From the NCBI GenBank assembly GCA_963785235.1, contig CAWAUM010000005.1:320001-384000 (forward strand): a stretch of DNA of 64,000 bases, written 5' to 3'. The notes under the pieces were generated by a model. That model worked only from the letters and a program-made list of their open reading frames with translations, was not told the DNA's origin and ran no database searches. Within the stretch, counting starts at the first letter, position 1. Every line of letters begins with the position of its first letter. A program made the position numbers and the translations under genes. Below, piece by piece: positions 1 through 11,283 of this stretch. The stretch is from an uncultured delta proteobacterium (GTDB taxonomy: Bacteria; Desulfobacterota; Desulfomonilia; UBA1062).

Positions 1-3000
1 AGAGGTCTCCAGTGCCTTGATTGCTTCAGTACCTGAACTAGCAATACACGACTGATACCCCATGTTTTCGAGCAAGCCAGTTACAACCATCTGGTTGGTC
101 AGATTGTCTTCCACCAGGAGAATACGCCAGCCACGGCGTTTAGATTCGTTAATAGTATGACGTGTGACAAACCTGGCAGCGCTTTGCGTTTGTTTCGTAT
201 CTTCGTTGTGTAAGCCCAGTACGGCGGTCAGGCAATCGAAAAGTTGCGTCTGTCGGACCGGTTTGGTGAGATATGCCTCGAAACCTGCATCTTTAAGCCT
301 TGAAACCTCACCGCGAAAGGCAAGTGATGAGACCATAACCAGGGCTGTGTCCTGAAAAAGCGGATCTTGCTTGATCAGCTTACCAAGCTCTACACCATTC
401 ATGCTCTTCATGACGGCATCGAGGATTGCAATGCGGAACGGATCACCTGTTTTCCGTGCATGGTTAAGGATGGTAAGCGCCTCTTCCGGGTTTGCCGCCT
501 CGTCATGGCGTATACCCCAGGTATCACAGAATAAAGATAATACTTCCCTGTTTGTGGCGTTTTCATCAACAATAAGTACATGCTGTCCTGATAACCCTTC
601 ATATCGTAACGGATGACAGGGGGCTATAGCCGTCTGTTTGCCAAGCACCACCGTGAATGAGAAGGTTGAACCTTTTCCATCAGTGCTTTCCACAGAGATG
701 GTGCCGCCCATCATCTCTGCAAGCCGCTTGGAGATAGCCAGACCTAGGCCTGTTCCGCCATAATTGCGTGTGGTTGAAGTGTCTACCTGGGTAAAAGCGC
801 TGAAAAGAATGGGAATTTTATCCATTGGGATACCGATACCGGAATCGCGGATAAACACTTTGAGGGTTACTGATTCATCTTTTGCTTCAATGAGGACGAC
901 CCTTATTGCCACCTCACCTTGGTGGGTAAACTTTAATGCGTTACCGGCAAGATTCATGATGATCTGGCGGAGCCTTCCCGGATCCCCAATCAGGCGGGTC
1001 GGGACAAGGGGTTCGATGAGACAGGAGAGCTCTATGCCTTTCTCGGCGGAACGGATGGACAACAGGTCGGTCAGGTCCTCCAGCATCAGCCGCAGATCGA
1101 AATCGATGGTTTCCAGGTCAAGTTTGTCCGCCTCTATTTTTGAAAAATCAAGGATATCGTTGATAAGATTTATAAGCGCATCTCCGCTTTTCTGGATTAT
1201 TTCGGCATATTGAATCTGCTTTGTATTGAGATCAGTCTGCAGCAGCAGCTCGCTCATCCCGATAATGCCGTTCATGGGGGTGCGGATCTCGTGGCTCATA
1301 TTCGCCAGGAATTCGCTCTTGGCCTTATTCGCCATCTCGGCATTAATCGACATCTCTATGCTTTTCAGGTTGGCTTGTTCCATGAGTTTATTGATATTCT
1401 CAAGTTCTTCATGAGACCTTAGCAGTGCATCTTCCGCTTGTTTCCTGGCAAGGATGTCTATAAAGCTTTCCAGCAGATATACCTTCCCGCCTATAGTCAC
1501 ATTGACTACTGTCTTGAGGACCGGGATTGTTCTCCCGTCTGCTGTCAGAAGCATGCGTTCGGTATTATCAACTGCCTCGTGCAGATCAGTAATGGGGCAT
1601 TTTTCTTTCAGGGCAGTGCATATATGTTCATGACAGAGCATGCCTTTCATCTCATGCGTGGTTGTACCACATAGATCGGCAGCCATACGGTTTGCGCTCA
1701 CGATGGTATGGGTGGACGGATCAATCAGGATAATACCCGCCTGGACGAAATCAAAGACTGCGTGGAGACGTTCCTCGCTCTCTTTCAGGGCATCTTCGGC
1801 CTTTTTCCGTTCCGTTATATCGCGTGCAAATACATGAAATCCCGTGATGGAATCACCCTCAAAGATGAGACGTGTACTCTGCCAGAGCCAGACCTTGCGG
1901 CCATCCTTTGTAATTATGGGAATTTCATGGGAGATGATCGGTATTTTTTTTACAAACTGCCGCCCCACAACCCTGGCGAGTTCATTGTGATAATCCTCAG
2001 GGATGAACTCCAGATAGTGTCTGCCAATGAATTCGTCGATTGAATATCCACAGAACTTGACTACTGCAGGGTTGATGAACCGCAAGTAACCAGTTGCATC
2101 AGTCTCGTAGATCAGGTCGCTGGCGTTTTCTACAAGCTGACGGTATTGCTCTTCGCTCTTTCTGATATTCCGGTCCATTTCCTTGATCAGGCTGATATCT
2201 GTAAAGGTTCCGATCATGCGGATCGGTGAGCCTTCTTGGTCCCATTCAACTACCTTGCCCTTATCGAGGGTATATTTGTATTCACCCGTCTTTGTCTTCA
2301 GGCGGATCTCACATTCATAAATAGGGTTGTTCCCCTGCAGATATGCATTAAGGGCTTCAAACATCTTTGATAAGTCATCTTCATGGATAATGCCTTTTCG
2401 GAAATCACCTATCTGATGAGCTTCTCCGATTGTATAACCCATCATTTCAATCCAGTGAGTGCTGTATGTGGTTTTTCCCGTCTGGATATTCCAGTCCCAT
2501 ACGCCTTCGCTCGTGGCGTTCAGCGCGTATTGAAGCTGCTGCTCCGATTGAGCGACCCTGAGGTTTGATAATCTGGATCTCCGACGGTCTATGGTGAAAG
2601 CCAGAGCCAGGAGGGTCAGGATCAGTATAGCCAGGATAGGCTGTCTCCTGGAGGCATAGATCTTCTTCAGCCAGTTGGATGCATCGACGTCGGCCCCAAG
2701 CACACAGACCACGCTTTTCGAGACAGGATCAAGGACAGGGATGGAGGCACTTACCCAGGTACCCCAATCATCTCTCAGCGGACCTTCAGCGTTTTCTTTG
2801 CCGAAATCGAATGTATTGAAGAAGAGATTAGTCGTGTCCTCATAAACCTGGCCTGGAGGGGAATAGTCTTTTGACTCCGAAGGTTCGGAGTCTGCCAGAA
2901 AGAAGACGGTCTTGTCCTTTTTTCCCATAAGATAGACGAACCGATACAGGGGGTTGGCCATTCGAAGACGCATGAGACGGTCTTTTATGCGCGAGTAAAC

Positions 3001-3900
3001 TGGTGAAGTAAGGTCCGCAGAAGTACCGGTGAGCAATTTCACTTCAGAGGCATCAAAGGCCTTTGATGCAATCCTTGCTTCAGTAAGGATCGTTTTGCGT
3101 TGTGCCATATCTGCAAGGTGACCTGTCCACTCGGTAAAACCCCAACCAAAGACAATCAAACCACAGAATATCCAGGTAAATCGACTGGTGGCCGCTGAAA
3201 GTCCTTTGGCCTGCAGCGGATCATCTTTCAAGGCCGAAGTAAATTGCGTCAGTGTAATAGCTAAGACAGAAGAGCACGAGGCAAGTCCCACATGGAGAAT
3301 GAAGAGCCACAGCGATATAAGGTCTTCAGGAATGAAGATGGTGATGAGGGAGAACCCTTTGTTTGACCCGATAACGGTAATGAGGAGAATATAGGCAGAC
3401 AGGCAGATGCTTGCCAGTCTCAGCCGGGATTTATCAGGCTTATTCATCCTTGCGGAACTCTTATGCCAGAGGATAAAGGCAGCCAGCAATCCTATGGGAA
3501 GGGCAAAAGCCACATGACATGCTGCATCAAATCCGTTCAATCCGAACAGTCCGCCGGCAGTAACAGGCAGAACAAAGACCAAATGAGTCCATACGCTAGC
3601 GGCAAATCCAGTCTGGATACGGATGCCGAGCCTGGCAAACTCCGCCAGGGAAAGGAAAGAGAGGATGAATATGATAAGGCGGATCACCTGAAATGTTGTG
3701 CTGTCGGGTAAACTCAGGGCCAGCATGGTCATGAACCAGTAAATACTCTGGAGCAGTCCGAAGATGCTCGCCCACTTCCACGGCAGCGTTGCCTTGCCAC
3801 GCAAGAATAGAGAAGCAAACATGATTCCTGCAATGAGCATTGAAAAGGCAGTAATGAAGGTAAGGTAGTCAATCTGATGCATGAGAAACGACTGAATCAT
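1..3900 (-). CDS. Membrane-bound multi-PAS hybrid sensor histidine kinase/response regulator (3' end runs off window)
   Basis: Manual translation from ATG at 3900 ([15 protein letters not shown]...), in the same frame as position 1; absent from the ORF track, consistent with no stop inside the window. Shows multiple TM helices, a periplasmic Cache-like segment, PAS/PAC repeats, H-box [18 protein letters not shown], HATPase G-boxes (DSGIG, GGTGLGL), one receiver domain and the start of a second ([12 protein letters not shown]). Confidence 0.9.
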   Translation of the reverse strand, partial: MIQSFLMHQIDYLTFITAFSMLIAGIMFASLFLRGKATLPWKWASIFGLLQSIYWFMTMLALSLPDSTTFQVIRLIIFILSFLSLAEFARLGIRIQTGFAASVWTHLVFVLPVTAGGLFGLNGFDAACHVAFALPIGLLAAFILWHKSSARMNKPDKSRLRLASICLSAYILLITVIGSNKGFSLITIFIPEDLISLWLFILHVGLASCSSVLAITLTQFTSALKDDPLQAKGLSAATSRFTWIFCGLIVFGWGFTEWTGHLADMAQRKTILTEARIASKAFDASEVKLLTGTSADLTSPVYSRIKDRLMRLRMANPLYRFVYLMGKKDKTVFFLADSEPSESKDYSPPGQVYEDTTNLFFNTFDFGKENAEGPLRDDWGTWVSASIPVLDPVSKSVVCVLGADVDASNWLKKIYASRRQPILAILILTLLALAFTIDRRRSRLSNLRVAQSEQQLQYALNATSEGVWDWNIQTGKTTYSTHWIEMMGYTIGEAHQIGDFRKGIIHEDDLSKMFEALNAYLQGNNPIYECEIRLKTKTGEYKYTLDKGKVVEWDQEGSPIRMIGTFTDISLIKEMDRNIRKSEEQYRQLVENASDLIYETDATGYLRFINPAVVKFCGYSIDEFIGRHYLEFIPEDYHNELARVVGRQFVKKIPIISHEIPIITKDGRKVWLWQSTRLIFEGDSITGFHVFARDITERKKAEDALKESEERLHAVFDFVQAGIILIDPSTHTIVSANRMAADLCGTTTHEMKGMLCHEHICTALKEKCPITDLHEAVDNTERMLLTADGRTIPVLKTVVNVTIGGKVYLLESFIDILARKQAEDALLRSHEELENINKLMEQANLKSIEMSINAEMANKAKSEFLANMSHEIRTPMNGIIGMSELLLQTDLNTKQIQYAEIIQKSGDALINLINDILDFSKIEADKLDLETIDFDLRLMLEDLTDLLSIRSAEKGIELSCLIEPLVPTRLIGDPGRLRQIIMNLAGNALKFTHQGEVAIRVVLIEAKDESVTLKVFIRDSGIGIPMDKIPILFSAFTQVDTSTTRNYGGTGLGLAISKRLAEMMGGTISVESTDGKGSTFSFTVVLGKQTAIAPCHPLRYEGLSGQHVLIVDENATNREVLSLFCDTWGIRHDEAANPEEALTILNHARKTGDPFRIAILDAVMKSMNGVELGKLIKQDPLFQDTALVMVSSLAFRGEVSRLKDAGFEAYLTKPVRQTQLFDCLTAVLGLHNEDTKQTQSAARFVTRHTINESKRRGWRILLVEDNLTNQMVVTGLLENMGYQSCIASSGTEAIKALETS

Positions 3901-3955
3901 CCAGGTATACCCCTATCAAGTAGTTATCGTAATTTTATAGGGGATAACTTGAGTT

Positions 3956-5110
3956 TTATTTGCTGGTTATTTCATTGTGTGCGTCAAGAAAACTACTCAC
4001 TATCACAGAGAGATGTTCATAATCCGTAAGGAAGGCATCATGGCCGTGGTCAGTGGCAATATCTGCATATGAGACACGTACATTCAACCCCGAAAAGAAC
4101 CGGACAATGTCGTGGGACTGTTGAGATGGGTAGAGCCAGTCTGAGGTGAAGGAGATGACAAGGCCTTTTTTCCTTCTTAAGGTATCGAAGCCTTTTCCCC
4201 TGGCCCGGTTTTCGCCCCGTAGCCGTGTAGAGCCGCTGATGGAGGAGACCAGATCGAAGTTATCAATGGCTGTTGTGATATACAGATAACTGTTGGCATC
4301 AAACCTGCGGACAAAGGCTATGCCCTGGTAGTCCAGGTAGTGTTCAACCTCGAAGGATGGTCTGAATACGGCCTTGGAGTCTTTGCCCTTGCGAAGCCTC
4401 CCGAATTTTTCCTGCATCATTTTTTCTGAGATATAGGTGATATGGCCGATCATCCGTGCAACCGACAGGCCACCTTCGGGGGGGATTCCTGCGTAATAAT
4501 TGCCCCCGTTCCATCTCGGGTCTGCCATGATGGCCCGTCTGCCTACCTCGTTAAAGGCAATCTGCTGGGCCGAATGCCTCATGGTGGAGGCAATACAGAT
4601 GAATGAATCAAACAGCGATGGGTAGTCACAGAAAAGCTGCATGGCCTGCATGCCTCCCATGGAACCTCCCACCACACTTTTAAGCCGTTCAATGCCGAGA
4701 TGGCTGATGAGAAGCCTCTGTACCTCCACCATGTCGCGGATGGTCACGGGCGGGAAGGTAAGGGCATAGGGCGCACCCGTTGCCGGATTGAGAGAAGACG
4801 GCCCGGTTGTCCCATTACAACCGCTGATAACGTTTGCGCAGATAATAAAGTACTTATCCGTGTCAAACGCCTTGCCAGGGCCGATCATGACATCCCACCA
4901 GCCAGGTTTTGTATCACCCTTTTGGTAGAATGCTGCATGCGCGCTGCCGGAAAGGGCATGTTCAATGAGAATGGCATTGTCTTTCGTTTTGTTGAGCTCT
5001 CCGTAGGTCTCATAGGCAATGTTCATCTCTGGGAGTATTTCACCGGATTCCAGCCTGAAGGGCCTCTCGATTGAGACGAAGCTGGTCTCAACAATGGGCT
5101 TTGCGCTCAT
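3956..5110 (-). CDS. metX: Homoserine O-acyltransferase (MetX family alpha/beta hydrolase)
   Basis: Motifs IAYETYG, HALSG, GWWD, GGSMGGMQ (nucleophile Ser), RFDANSY and HGHDAFL; overlaps the metW stop. Confidence 0.93.
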   Translation of the reverse strand: MSAKPIVETSFVSIERPFRLESGEILPEMNIAYETYGELNKTKDNAILIEHALSGSAHAAFYQKGDTKPGWWDVMIGPGKAFDTDKYFIICANVISGCNGTTGPSSLNPATGAPYALTFPPVTIRDMVEVQRLLISHLGIERLKSVVGGSMGGMQAMQLFCDYPSLFDSFICIASTMRHSAQQIAFNEVGRRAIMADPRWNGGNYYAGIPPEGGLSVARMIGHITYISEKMMQEKFGRLRKGKDSKAVFRPSFEVEHYLDYQGIAFVRRFDANSYLYITTAIDNFDLVSSISGSTRLRGENRARGKGFDTLRRKKGLVISFTSDWLYPSQQSHDIVRFFSGLNVRVSYADIATDHGHDAFLTDYEHLSVIVSSFLDAHNEITSK

Positions 5111-5715
5111 CTATTGTGCCCCAGCATAAATACGGCTTCTTTCACGATCAGGTTATCAAGGGGCATCTTGTTTTTCACGGTAAGGTCAAAGGGGAGAAAA
5201 AACCTTGCGTCCAGAATATCAATGCCCATTTCCGTTAATGAACTGATGAACTCGGAAAGGCAGACGAATCGTATCACCGGGGTGTCATGCCAGTCCCCGG
5301 TAAGCCTCATCTCGTCTGTCATGCGGCCTTTGGCAATAATCCCCAATCTGTTCGCAGCATATCCAAAGTTGGACATTGAAATGACAGCGCATCTCCCCAC
5401 CCGGAGCATCTCATTGATAACATTGTAGGGTCTGTGGATAACCTGCAGGGTGGCTGTGAGAATAACGTAGTCGAAGCTGAGTTCGTCCCATTGAGACAGG
5501 CCGTGGTCAATGTCTGCCTGATAGACACTGATACCCTTGCCGAGACATTTCACGATCATATCCCGGGATATTTCGACACCGATACCTTCAACCTGCTTCC
5601 TTTCCGTAAGGCGGTTCAGAAGAGTGCCGTCGCCGCAGCCCAGGTCAAGCACTCGGCTCTGTGGTGTAATCCAGTCTTCGATGATGTGCTGAGTCTTTTC
5701 AAGTATAGTACTCAT
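5107..5715 (-). CDS. metW: Methionine biosynthesis protein MetW (SAM-dependent methyltransferase fold)
   Basis: VLDLGCGDG SAM motif, FDYVIL, EMLRVG, WHDTPVIRF; adjacent to metX. Confidence 0.85.
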   Translation of the reverse strand: MSTILEKTQHIIEDWITPQSRVLDLGCGDGTLLNRLTERKQVEGIGVEISRDMIVKCLGKGISVYQADIDHGLSQWDELSFDYVILTATLQVIHRPYNVINEMLRVGRCAVISMSNFGYAANRLGIIAKGRMTDEMRLTGDWHDTPVIRFVCLSEFISSLTEMGIDILDARFFLPFDLTVKNKMPLDNLIVKEAVFMLGHNR

Positions 5716-5752
5716 AACCTCAATTCTGTGATCAATCTCCTAATGCGGTGAC

Positions 5753-6754
5753 TCAGCAGGTGTGGAAAAGTGCCGGCGGTCCTTCCTCTGCAAGTTCGGC
5801 CCTGCCTGCCTCAATCAGGAGTTCCAGGTGGACAAGGATCTCAGAGACACCAAGAAATGCCTCGGATTCGTCAATGCCGGGAAAAACATCTGCCAAAAGC
5901 CCGTAGATAGAACGTTCACCTTTTCTCAGTGTTTGTAGAATTTCCTCAGTACGTTTTTCATGATGCTTCCTGTAGCCTGTTATGAGAGATTCCAGGTCGA
6001 TAATGCATTCTCCATGGGCAGGGAAGACGAAGTCAATTTTAAGATGCTCAAGTTTTTCAAGAGATTCCATATATGCCTTAAGGCTCTTGTATGATGGGTC
6101 TTTCAAACGGGAACGGTTCACCTCATGGAAAGGGTTGGGTGTGATGTGCTTGAGGAGGTGGTCTCCACTGAAAAGGATATTGTGCTGCCTCTCATGGAGA
6201 CAGCAGCACCCTGGCGAGTGACCGGGGGTGTGGATGATCTGAAGATCGAACCCGCTTCCCTGGAAGGTGTCCCCCTCCTTCAAGGGAAGCGCATCATCAA
6301 CCGGATCGCAGAGATTTTTAAAGAAGTGCGACCTGCGCTTCATCCGTTCCACTGTATGTTCGGGCATGCCTATCTTTGCATAAAATGCGTCCGCATCCTC
6401 GCTCCACATACCGCTCTTAAGATAATCTCCGGATAGCTTCCACAGGTCGTCCTGGTGGATGTAGCAGGGGATGGCATGCCTGGAGGCGTTGCGGATCTGG
6501 CCCACCAGGCCGAAGTGGTCGATATGGCCATGGGTGATGATGATGCGCTCGACGTCATTCCACTCAAAGCCGATTTCATGGAGCTGCCTTTCCAGGGTGT
6601 GCAACGAACCCGGGAATTTGGGTGCGGTATCGATGAGGGTTATGGGGCCGCTGCCCAGAACAAACATATTGGAGCAGATGAGCGCAGGGAATCCGGGTAA
6701 GGGAACCGTCAGCGCGCGGATAGAGCCAATAAGGGGGAAGGGGTCAATGGTCAC
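5753..6754 (-). CDS. MBL-fold metallo-hydrolase with C-terminal winged-helix-like extension
   Basis: THGHIDH, HTPGHSPG, FSGDHLL and PAHG metal-binding motifs. Confidence 0.85.
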   Translation of the reverse strand: MTIDPFPLIGSIRALTVPLPGFPALICSNMFVLGSGPITLIDTAPKFPGSLHTLERQLHEIGFEWNDVERIIITHGHIDHFGLVGQIRNASRHAIPCYIHQDDLWKLSGDYLKSGMWSEDADAFYAKIGMPEHTVERMKRRSHFFKNLCDPVDDALPLKEGDTFQGSGFDLQIIHTPGHSPGCCCLHERQHNILFSGDHLLKHITPNPFHEVNRSRLKDPSYKSLKAYMESLEKLEHLKIDFVFPAHGECIIDLESLITGYRKHHEKRTEEILQTLRKGERSIYGLLADVFPGIDESEAFLGVSEILVHLELLIEAGRAELAEEGPPALFHTC

Positions 6755-6987
6755 TAAGCCACAGCCTTAACTTCCTTGACCTCAGGCACCTCTTTCTTGA
6801 TTACCCTTTCGATGAGAGACTTGAGTGTCATGGTGGCCATTGGACATCCGTTACATGCACCCTTAAGCCGTACCTGCACAATCCCATCGGGTGAGACGTC
6901 AACGAGTTCTACATTTCCGCCGTCACTCTTGAGGACTGAGCGGGTCTGATCAAGGGCCTTTTCAACTTGCTCAAAACTCACAGCCAT
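6754..6987 (-). CDS. NifU/NfuA C-terminal-domain Fe-S carrier protein
   Basis: DGGNVELV...LKGACNGCP motif. The AAGGAG RBS favours the second ATG (6987) over 6993. Confidence 0.88.
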   Translation of the reverse strand: MAVSFEQVEKALDQTRSVLKSDGGNVELVDVSPDGIVQVRLKGACNGCPMATMTLKSLIERVIKKEVPEVKEVKAVA

Positions 6988-7179
6988 TATCATGCTCCTT
7001 CATATGATCCTATTCAGTTTGATCTTATTTTGATGGAGAAACAAGCTTGTGTGGTTCATTTTTAATAGATCATGGGGAATGAATCAAGCCCGAATCAGGT
7101 CGTGGCAATTTCCAAAGTATTTCAGCCGTGCTATTAATTTATCAAGAATGAATTTAGAAATGTAAGACATGGTGGTCAC

Positions 7180-8625
7180 ATGAATAATTACTTGAAAGAA
7201 AGATGGGCAGGCCAAGGCGGAATCCGAGAGGTGCTCGTGCTCGCCTTCCCGCTGGTGCTGAGCACAGGATCATGGTCAATCCAGCACTTTGTAGACCGGA
7301 TGTTCCTTTCCTGGTACTCACCTGAGACCATTGCCGCAGCCATGCCTTCAGGTATTCTTAACTTCGCAATCATGAGTCTCTTCATCGGCACTGCAAGCTA
7401 TGTCAGCACCTTTGTAGCTCAGTATAACGGTGCAGACATGCAGCACAGGATTGGGCCCGCACTATGGCAGGGTATCTATTTCTCGCTCTTGGGCGGAATA
7501 ATCATGCTCGGATTTATCCCGCTGGCAAGGCCCATATTTGATTTCATAGGACATGAACAGGCTATTAAGGTTAATGAGATTATTTTTTTCCAGTACCTTT
7601 GTCTTGGAGGGTTTCCTGTTATCGCGTCATCCGTCCTGTCCGGCTTTTTTACCGGTCGCGGAAGGTCATGGCCGGTCATGTGGGTCAATGTTCTATCAAC
7701 AGGGGTAACCCTTGTGCTCGACTATGTAATGATATTCGGGAACTGGGGATTCCCGGAAATGGGCATGAAAGGGGCTGCCATTGCAACGGTCATTTCCGGA
7801 TTCTTCTCGCTGGGGGCCTACATTGTCCTTATGGCGAAATCTTCTTATAACATCGAGTTCCGGATATTTTCCAGTTGGAGGCCTGAAGCCGAACTTTTCA
7901 GACGCCTCATAAAGTTCGGGCTGCCTTCAGGGGTTCAATTCGCTCTTGATATGGCAGGATTCACGGCCTTTGTCCTTATCCTTGGCCGCCTGGGGAAAGT
8001 GAACCTAGCCGCAACCAACATCGCATTCAACATTAACACGCTGGCCTTCATGCCCATGATAGGTTTCGGTATTGCCGTGTCTGTCCTTGTGGGCAAGTAC
8101 ATGGGCAAAGGCAGGCCGGATATTGCATCCAGGAGCACCTATTCGGGTTTTTTCATGACCTTCGTATACATGAGCGCCATAGCGGTACTCTATGTTGCTG
8201 TCCCGGAGATCTTCACCGCCCCGTTTGCAGCACACTCCGATGCAGCACTCTTCCCTGAGATCAAAAGACTTACCGAGATCCTCCTGAGGTTCGTCGCGCT
8301 TTACTCTATCTTCGATACCATGAATATCATCTTTGCCTCAGCCCTTAAAGGGGCGGGCGACACACGATTTGTTATGTACATGATCGTACTGGTCTCGACA
8401 TTTGTGCTTGTAGTGCCAACCTATATCTTAATCATGATGCTCGGATACGGGGTAATGGCGGCATGGTCAGCGGCAACGGTATATGTGATCCTTCTGGGAT
8501 TCATGTTCTTTTTCCGGTTCCTTCAAGGCAGATGGAAGACAATGCGTGTAATAGAGGAGAGATCTGTCATTCACCTGATACCCCCGATTTGTTCAGAGTG
8601 TCCGGATGCCAAATTTGAGCCATAA
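7180..8625 (+). CDS. MATE family efflux transporter
   Basis: 481 aa, highly hydrophobic with many predicted TM segments; FVDRMFLS, GMKGAAIAT, LKGAGDTR motifs. Confidence 0.9.
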   Translation: MNNYLKERWAGQGGIREVLVLAFPLVLSTGSWSIQHFVDRMFLSWYSPETIAAAMPSGILNFAIMSLFIGTASYVSTFVAQYNGADMQHRIGPALWQGIYFSLLGGIIMLGFIPLARPIFDFIGHEQAIKVNEIIFFQYLCLGGFPVIASSVLSGFFTGRGRSWPVMWVNVLSTGVTLVLDYVMIFGNWGFPEMGMKGAAIATVISGFFSLGAYIVLMAKSSYNIEFRIFSSWRPEAELFRRLIKFGLPSGVQFALDMAGFTAFVLILGRLGKVNLAATNIAFNINTLAFMPMIGFGIAVSVLVGKYMGKGRPDIASRSTYSGFFMTFVYMSAIAVLYVAVPEIFTAPFAAHSDAALFPEIKRLTEILLRFVALYSIFDTMNIIFASALKGAGDTRFVMYMIVLVSTFVLVVPTYILIMMLGYGVMAAWSAATVYVILLGFMFFFRFLQGRWKTMRVIEERSVIHLIPPICSECPDAKFEP

Positions 8626-8781
8626 GGACAATAAGGAAGAAAATGTTTTCATAATGAGAGAATAGTTTTTCTATTCTGTTTAAAAATGAAAAATATCCTG
8701 ACAGGTCTTGATTTTTCATAAGTTACTATTATTATAATCTTTCATTTGATGAGATGAGCCTTTTGACCTGGGTCATGGTAA

Positions 8782-8797
8782 AGGCCTGATATTTGCA
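8782..8797 (+). promoter_or_regulatory. Putative sigma-54 (-24/-12) promoter
   Basis: AGGCCTGATATTTGCA has GG-N10-GC spacing with TTGCA, downstream of an AT-rich tract. Confidence 0.4.
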
Positions 8798-8962
8798 AAG
8801 AAATATTGTTTGTAGAAATGGTTTCCTCATCCGGGGCTGTATTCCAACGGGAATTCATTGTTTTTTGGAAACCGGGAAATGAAAATGGTGTTTATGACTG
8901 AGGCAGGTTCTCTGAGTGTTAGCGAGGATAAGTGATTTATCTAGTGGGGGTAATAAGGCAGT

Positions 8963-9439
8963 ATGAGGGTTTCTGTTTTTTGTATGATTGCTGGTACGTA
9001 CATGATTATTTATTGCTTCATCAGCCAGTGCCGGGCCTATATTTCAATTTATCGGCAATGGTGCATCCAACACAGGTCTTTCAATACTCTTGTCCCATGA
9101 AGAACTTTCTGATCTCCTTAGATAATCTTAACGAGGATAATTCATCTTTCACTATTCCATCAGCCAAAGGGAGTGATGTACCTGGTATTGAACCGAAGAT
9201 GGCATCTTGCAGGGATGTGGGTTATGCATTCGGCGGACGTTACGGCGTTTGGCAAAGCCGGTAAGCAGTTCGAAGGCCTTTTGATTCCCTTATTCGCCGG
9301 CAGCCTTTTAATCGGCCTTTCGGGTTTAACCAGGAGGCTCGTAAACAGACAGCCCCTAGCACACCATGAAAAGACCCCTGTAAAGGTAAAAGTAACGTAT
9401 GAAAAAACCCTGTGGGCAGAGTCTAATGGGTTAATGTAA
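8963..9439 (+). CDS. Possible small exported/membrane-anchored protein split over three frames (see findings)
   Basis: Signal-peptide-like start MRVSVFCMIAGTYMIIYCFISQCRA; C-terminal piece with hydrophobic helix plus basic cluster (LIPLFAGSLLIGLSGLTRR); hairpin at 9472-9499 after the stop. Joining needs two frameshifts. Confidence 0.3.
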
Positions 9440-9650
9440 TCAGGCTATACGCGTCTTCATGTCTTTTTCACCAATGCTTTCCTGAAATCAGGGGCATTGC
9501 TCGACTTTGAGCATTCCAATCCTTTTCGTTCCCGGTAAACCTTCTCTTTATAAGACTTCTTAGGGTATATCTGAAGAATAAACGATCGTGAGTTGATCTT
9601 TCTATGAATGGTATCCCATAGAACAACAGAGCATGAAAGGATAGTGAGAA

Positions 9651-10424
9651 ATGGAAGAATTTGACAGGCTTGTGCAGATATTTGAAAGGCTTCGAGCACC
9701 CGGCGGTTGCCCTTGGGATGCAGAGCAGGACCATAAGAGCATATCCCAGTGCATTATTGAAGAGTCCTATGAGCTTTTCGATGCCATTATCAATAAAGAC
9801 AGGGATCATATGCAAGAGGAACTCGGGGATGTCCTCCTGCAGGTGATCTTTCATAGCATCATAGCCAGAGATCTCGGAGAGTTCTGCCTGAAGGATGTGA
9901 TCAATGGTCTGGCTGATAAACTGATCTCCAGACACCCCCATGTTTTTGAAGATGTACAGCTGAATTCAGCAAAAGAGGTCATTCGCAACTGGGAAAAACT
10001 GAAAAAAAGCGAGAAGGGTAAGATTGGGAGGGAATCCATTCTGGATGGAATACCCAAATCTCTGCCCTCTATCCTTGCCGCCCGTAAAATCCAGACCACT
10101 GTTTCCAGGGTGGGTTTCGACTGGAAAGACCCCTGCGGAGTGATGGAGAAGATCAGGGAAGAGGTAGCAGAGCTTGACGAAGCCATACATTCTGAGGATA
10201 CGGACGCAATGGAAGATGAAATAGGCGATCTGCTCTTCAGTGTTGTGAACCTCGCCCGCAAGTGCAAGGTGGATCCGGAGGCCGCATTGCGGCGAACAAA
10301 CCGCAAGTTCAGAAAACGTTTTGAGGAAATCGAGAAGGAATCTAAACATCGGGGTATCGGTCTCGAAGAAATGAATCTGCAGGACATGGATAAAATTTGG
10401 GAGGGTGCAAAGTATACTGAATAG
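9651..10424 (+). CDS. mazG: Nucleoside triphosphate pyrophosphohydrolase MazG
   Basis: LRAPGGCPWDAEQ, EELGDVL, RHPHVF, GFDW and EIGDLLF tandem MazG motifs. Confidence 0.95.
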   Translation: MEEFDRLVQIFERLRAPGGCPWDAEQDHKSISQCIIEESYELFDAIINKDRDHMQEELGDVLLQVIFHSIIARDLGEFCLKDVINGLADKLISRHPHVFEDVQLNSAKEVIRNWEKLKKSEKGKIGRESILDGIPKSLPSILAARKIQTTVSRVGFDWKDPCGVMEKIREEVAELDEAIHSEDTDAMEDEIGDLLFSVVNLARKCKVDPEAALRRTNRKFRKRFEEIEKESKHRGIGLEEMNLQDMDKIWEGAKYTE

Positions 10425-10537
10425 ATTTTTAAGAAATTATAAAGAAATGAAAAAATCTCGTCTGGGGAAGGGGCGAACGAGAGAATGTGGAACTCCTGCT
10501 TGTAACCCACGATCTGTCTACTCAAAGTCTAAAGTTA

Positions 10538-10597
10538 TTGACATAAAGAACGTTGTCCAATATATAACCAAATAGTTAAACCAAACGGTTAGTTTAA
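10538..10597 (+). promoter_or_regulatory. Sigma-70 promoter followed by probable TetR operator
   Basis: TTGACA (10538)-N17-TATATA (10561), then the imperfect palindrome TTAAACCAAACGGTTAGTTTAA (10576-10597). A related partial copy, AACCAAATAGTT, lies just upstream. Confidence 0.65.
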
Positions 10598-10623
10598 AAT
10601 TGTAATTATTCATGGAGTTCGCC

Positions 10624-11252
10624 ATGACAGACAGACAGGAAGAAAAAAAGGAAGATACCCTGCGACGCATCCTGGCAGCGGCCAAGGATGTGTTTGCTGA
10701 AAAGGGTTTTGGAGGGGCACGGGTGGATGAAATCGCCCGGAGGGCAGGGGTCAACAAGGCCACTCTCTACTACCACATAGGTGACAAAAAAGCTCTCTAT
10801 GCTGAGACCATCCATGATGTGGTGGGTACGGCTTCAGTGAATCTGGCCAAGGGAATCATGGTTTCACTGTCTCCCCAGGACAAGATACGAACATATATCA
10901 AAACCCTGACTGCCGCTTTTGATGATAACCCCCAGATGCCCCGAATCATGATGCGCGAGATTGCATCGGGCGGGAACAACCTGCCCGATATTTTCGTGAA
11001 AGACCTCCTGTCCATTATCACCACGCTGACAGACATCATTGAGGAAGGGAAGGCCAAAGGCGTGTTCACGGATACACTCCCCCTGCTGGTGCATTTCATG
11101 ACCATGGGCGCCATTGTTATCTACAAGTCCATAGCCCCTGTCCTGATGAGGCGATCTGAAATGCCGGAGAACTCAAAGCCATGGGTACTGAAGTTACAGG
11201 AACAGTGGCAGCGGAAATTGAGCGGCTTATATTAAAGGCCATAAGCATATGA
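10624..11252 (+). CDS. TetR/AcrR family regulator (CecR-like); apparent 1-nt frameshift near 11168
   Basis: [31 protein letters not shown]. An alternative frame gives a more plausible C-terminus, [27 protein letters not shown], ending at 11252. Confidence 0.85.
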
Positions 11253-11283
11253 AGGTACGGCATTCCCAAAGGGAGGTTGAGCT

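Noticed and set aside
164-3781. Many short ORFs on both strands
   Set aside because: Shadows of the large minus-strand hybrid kinase, which the track omits because it has no stop inside the window.
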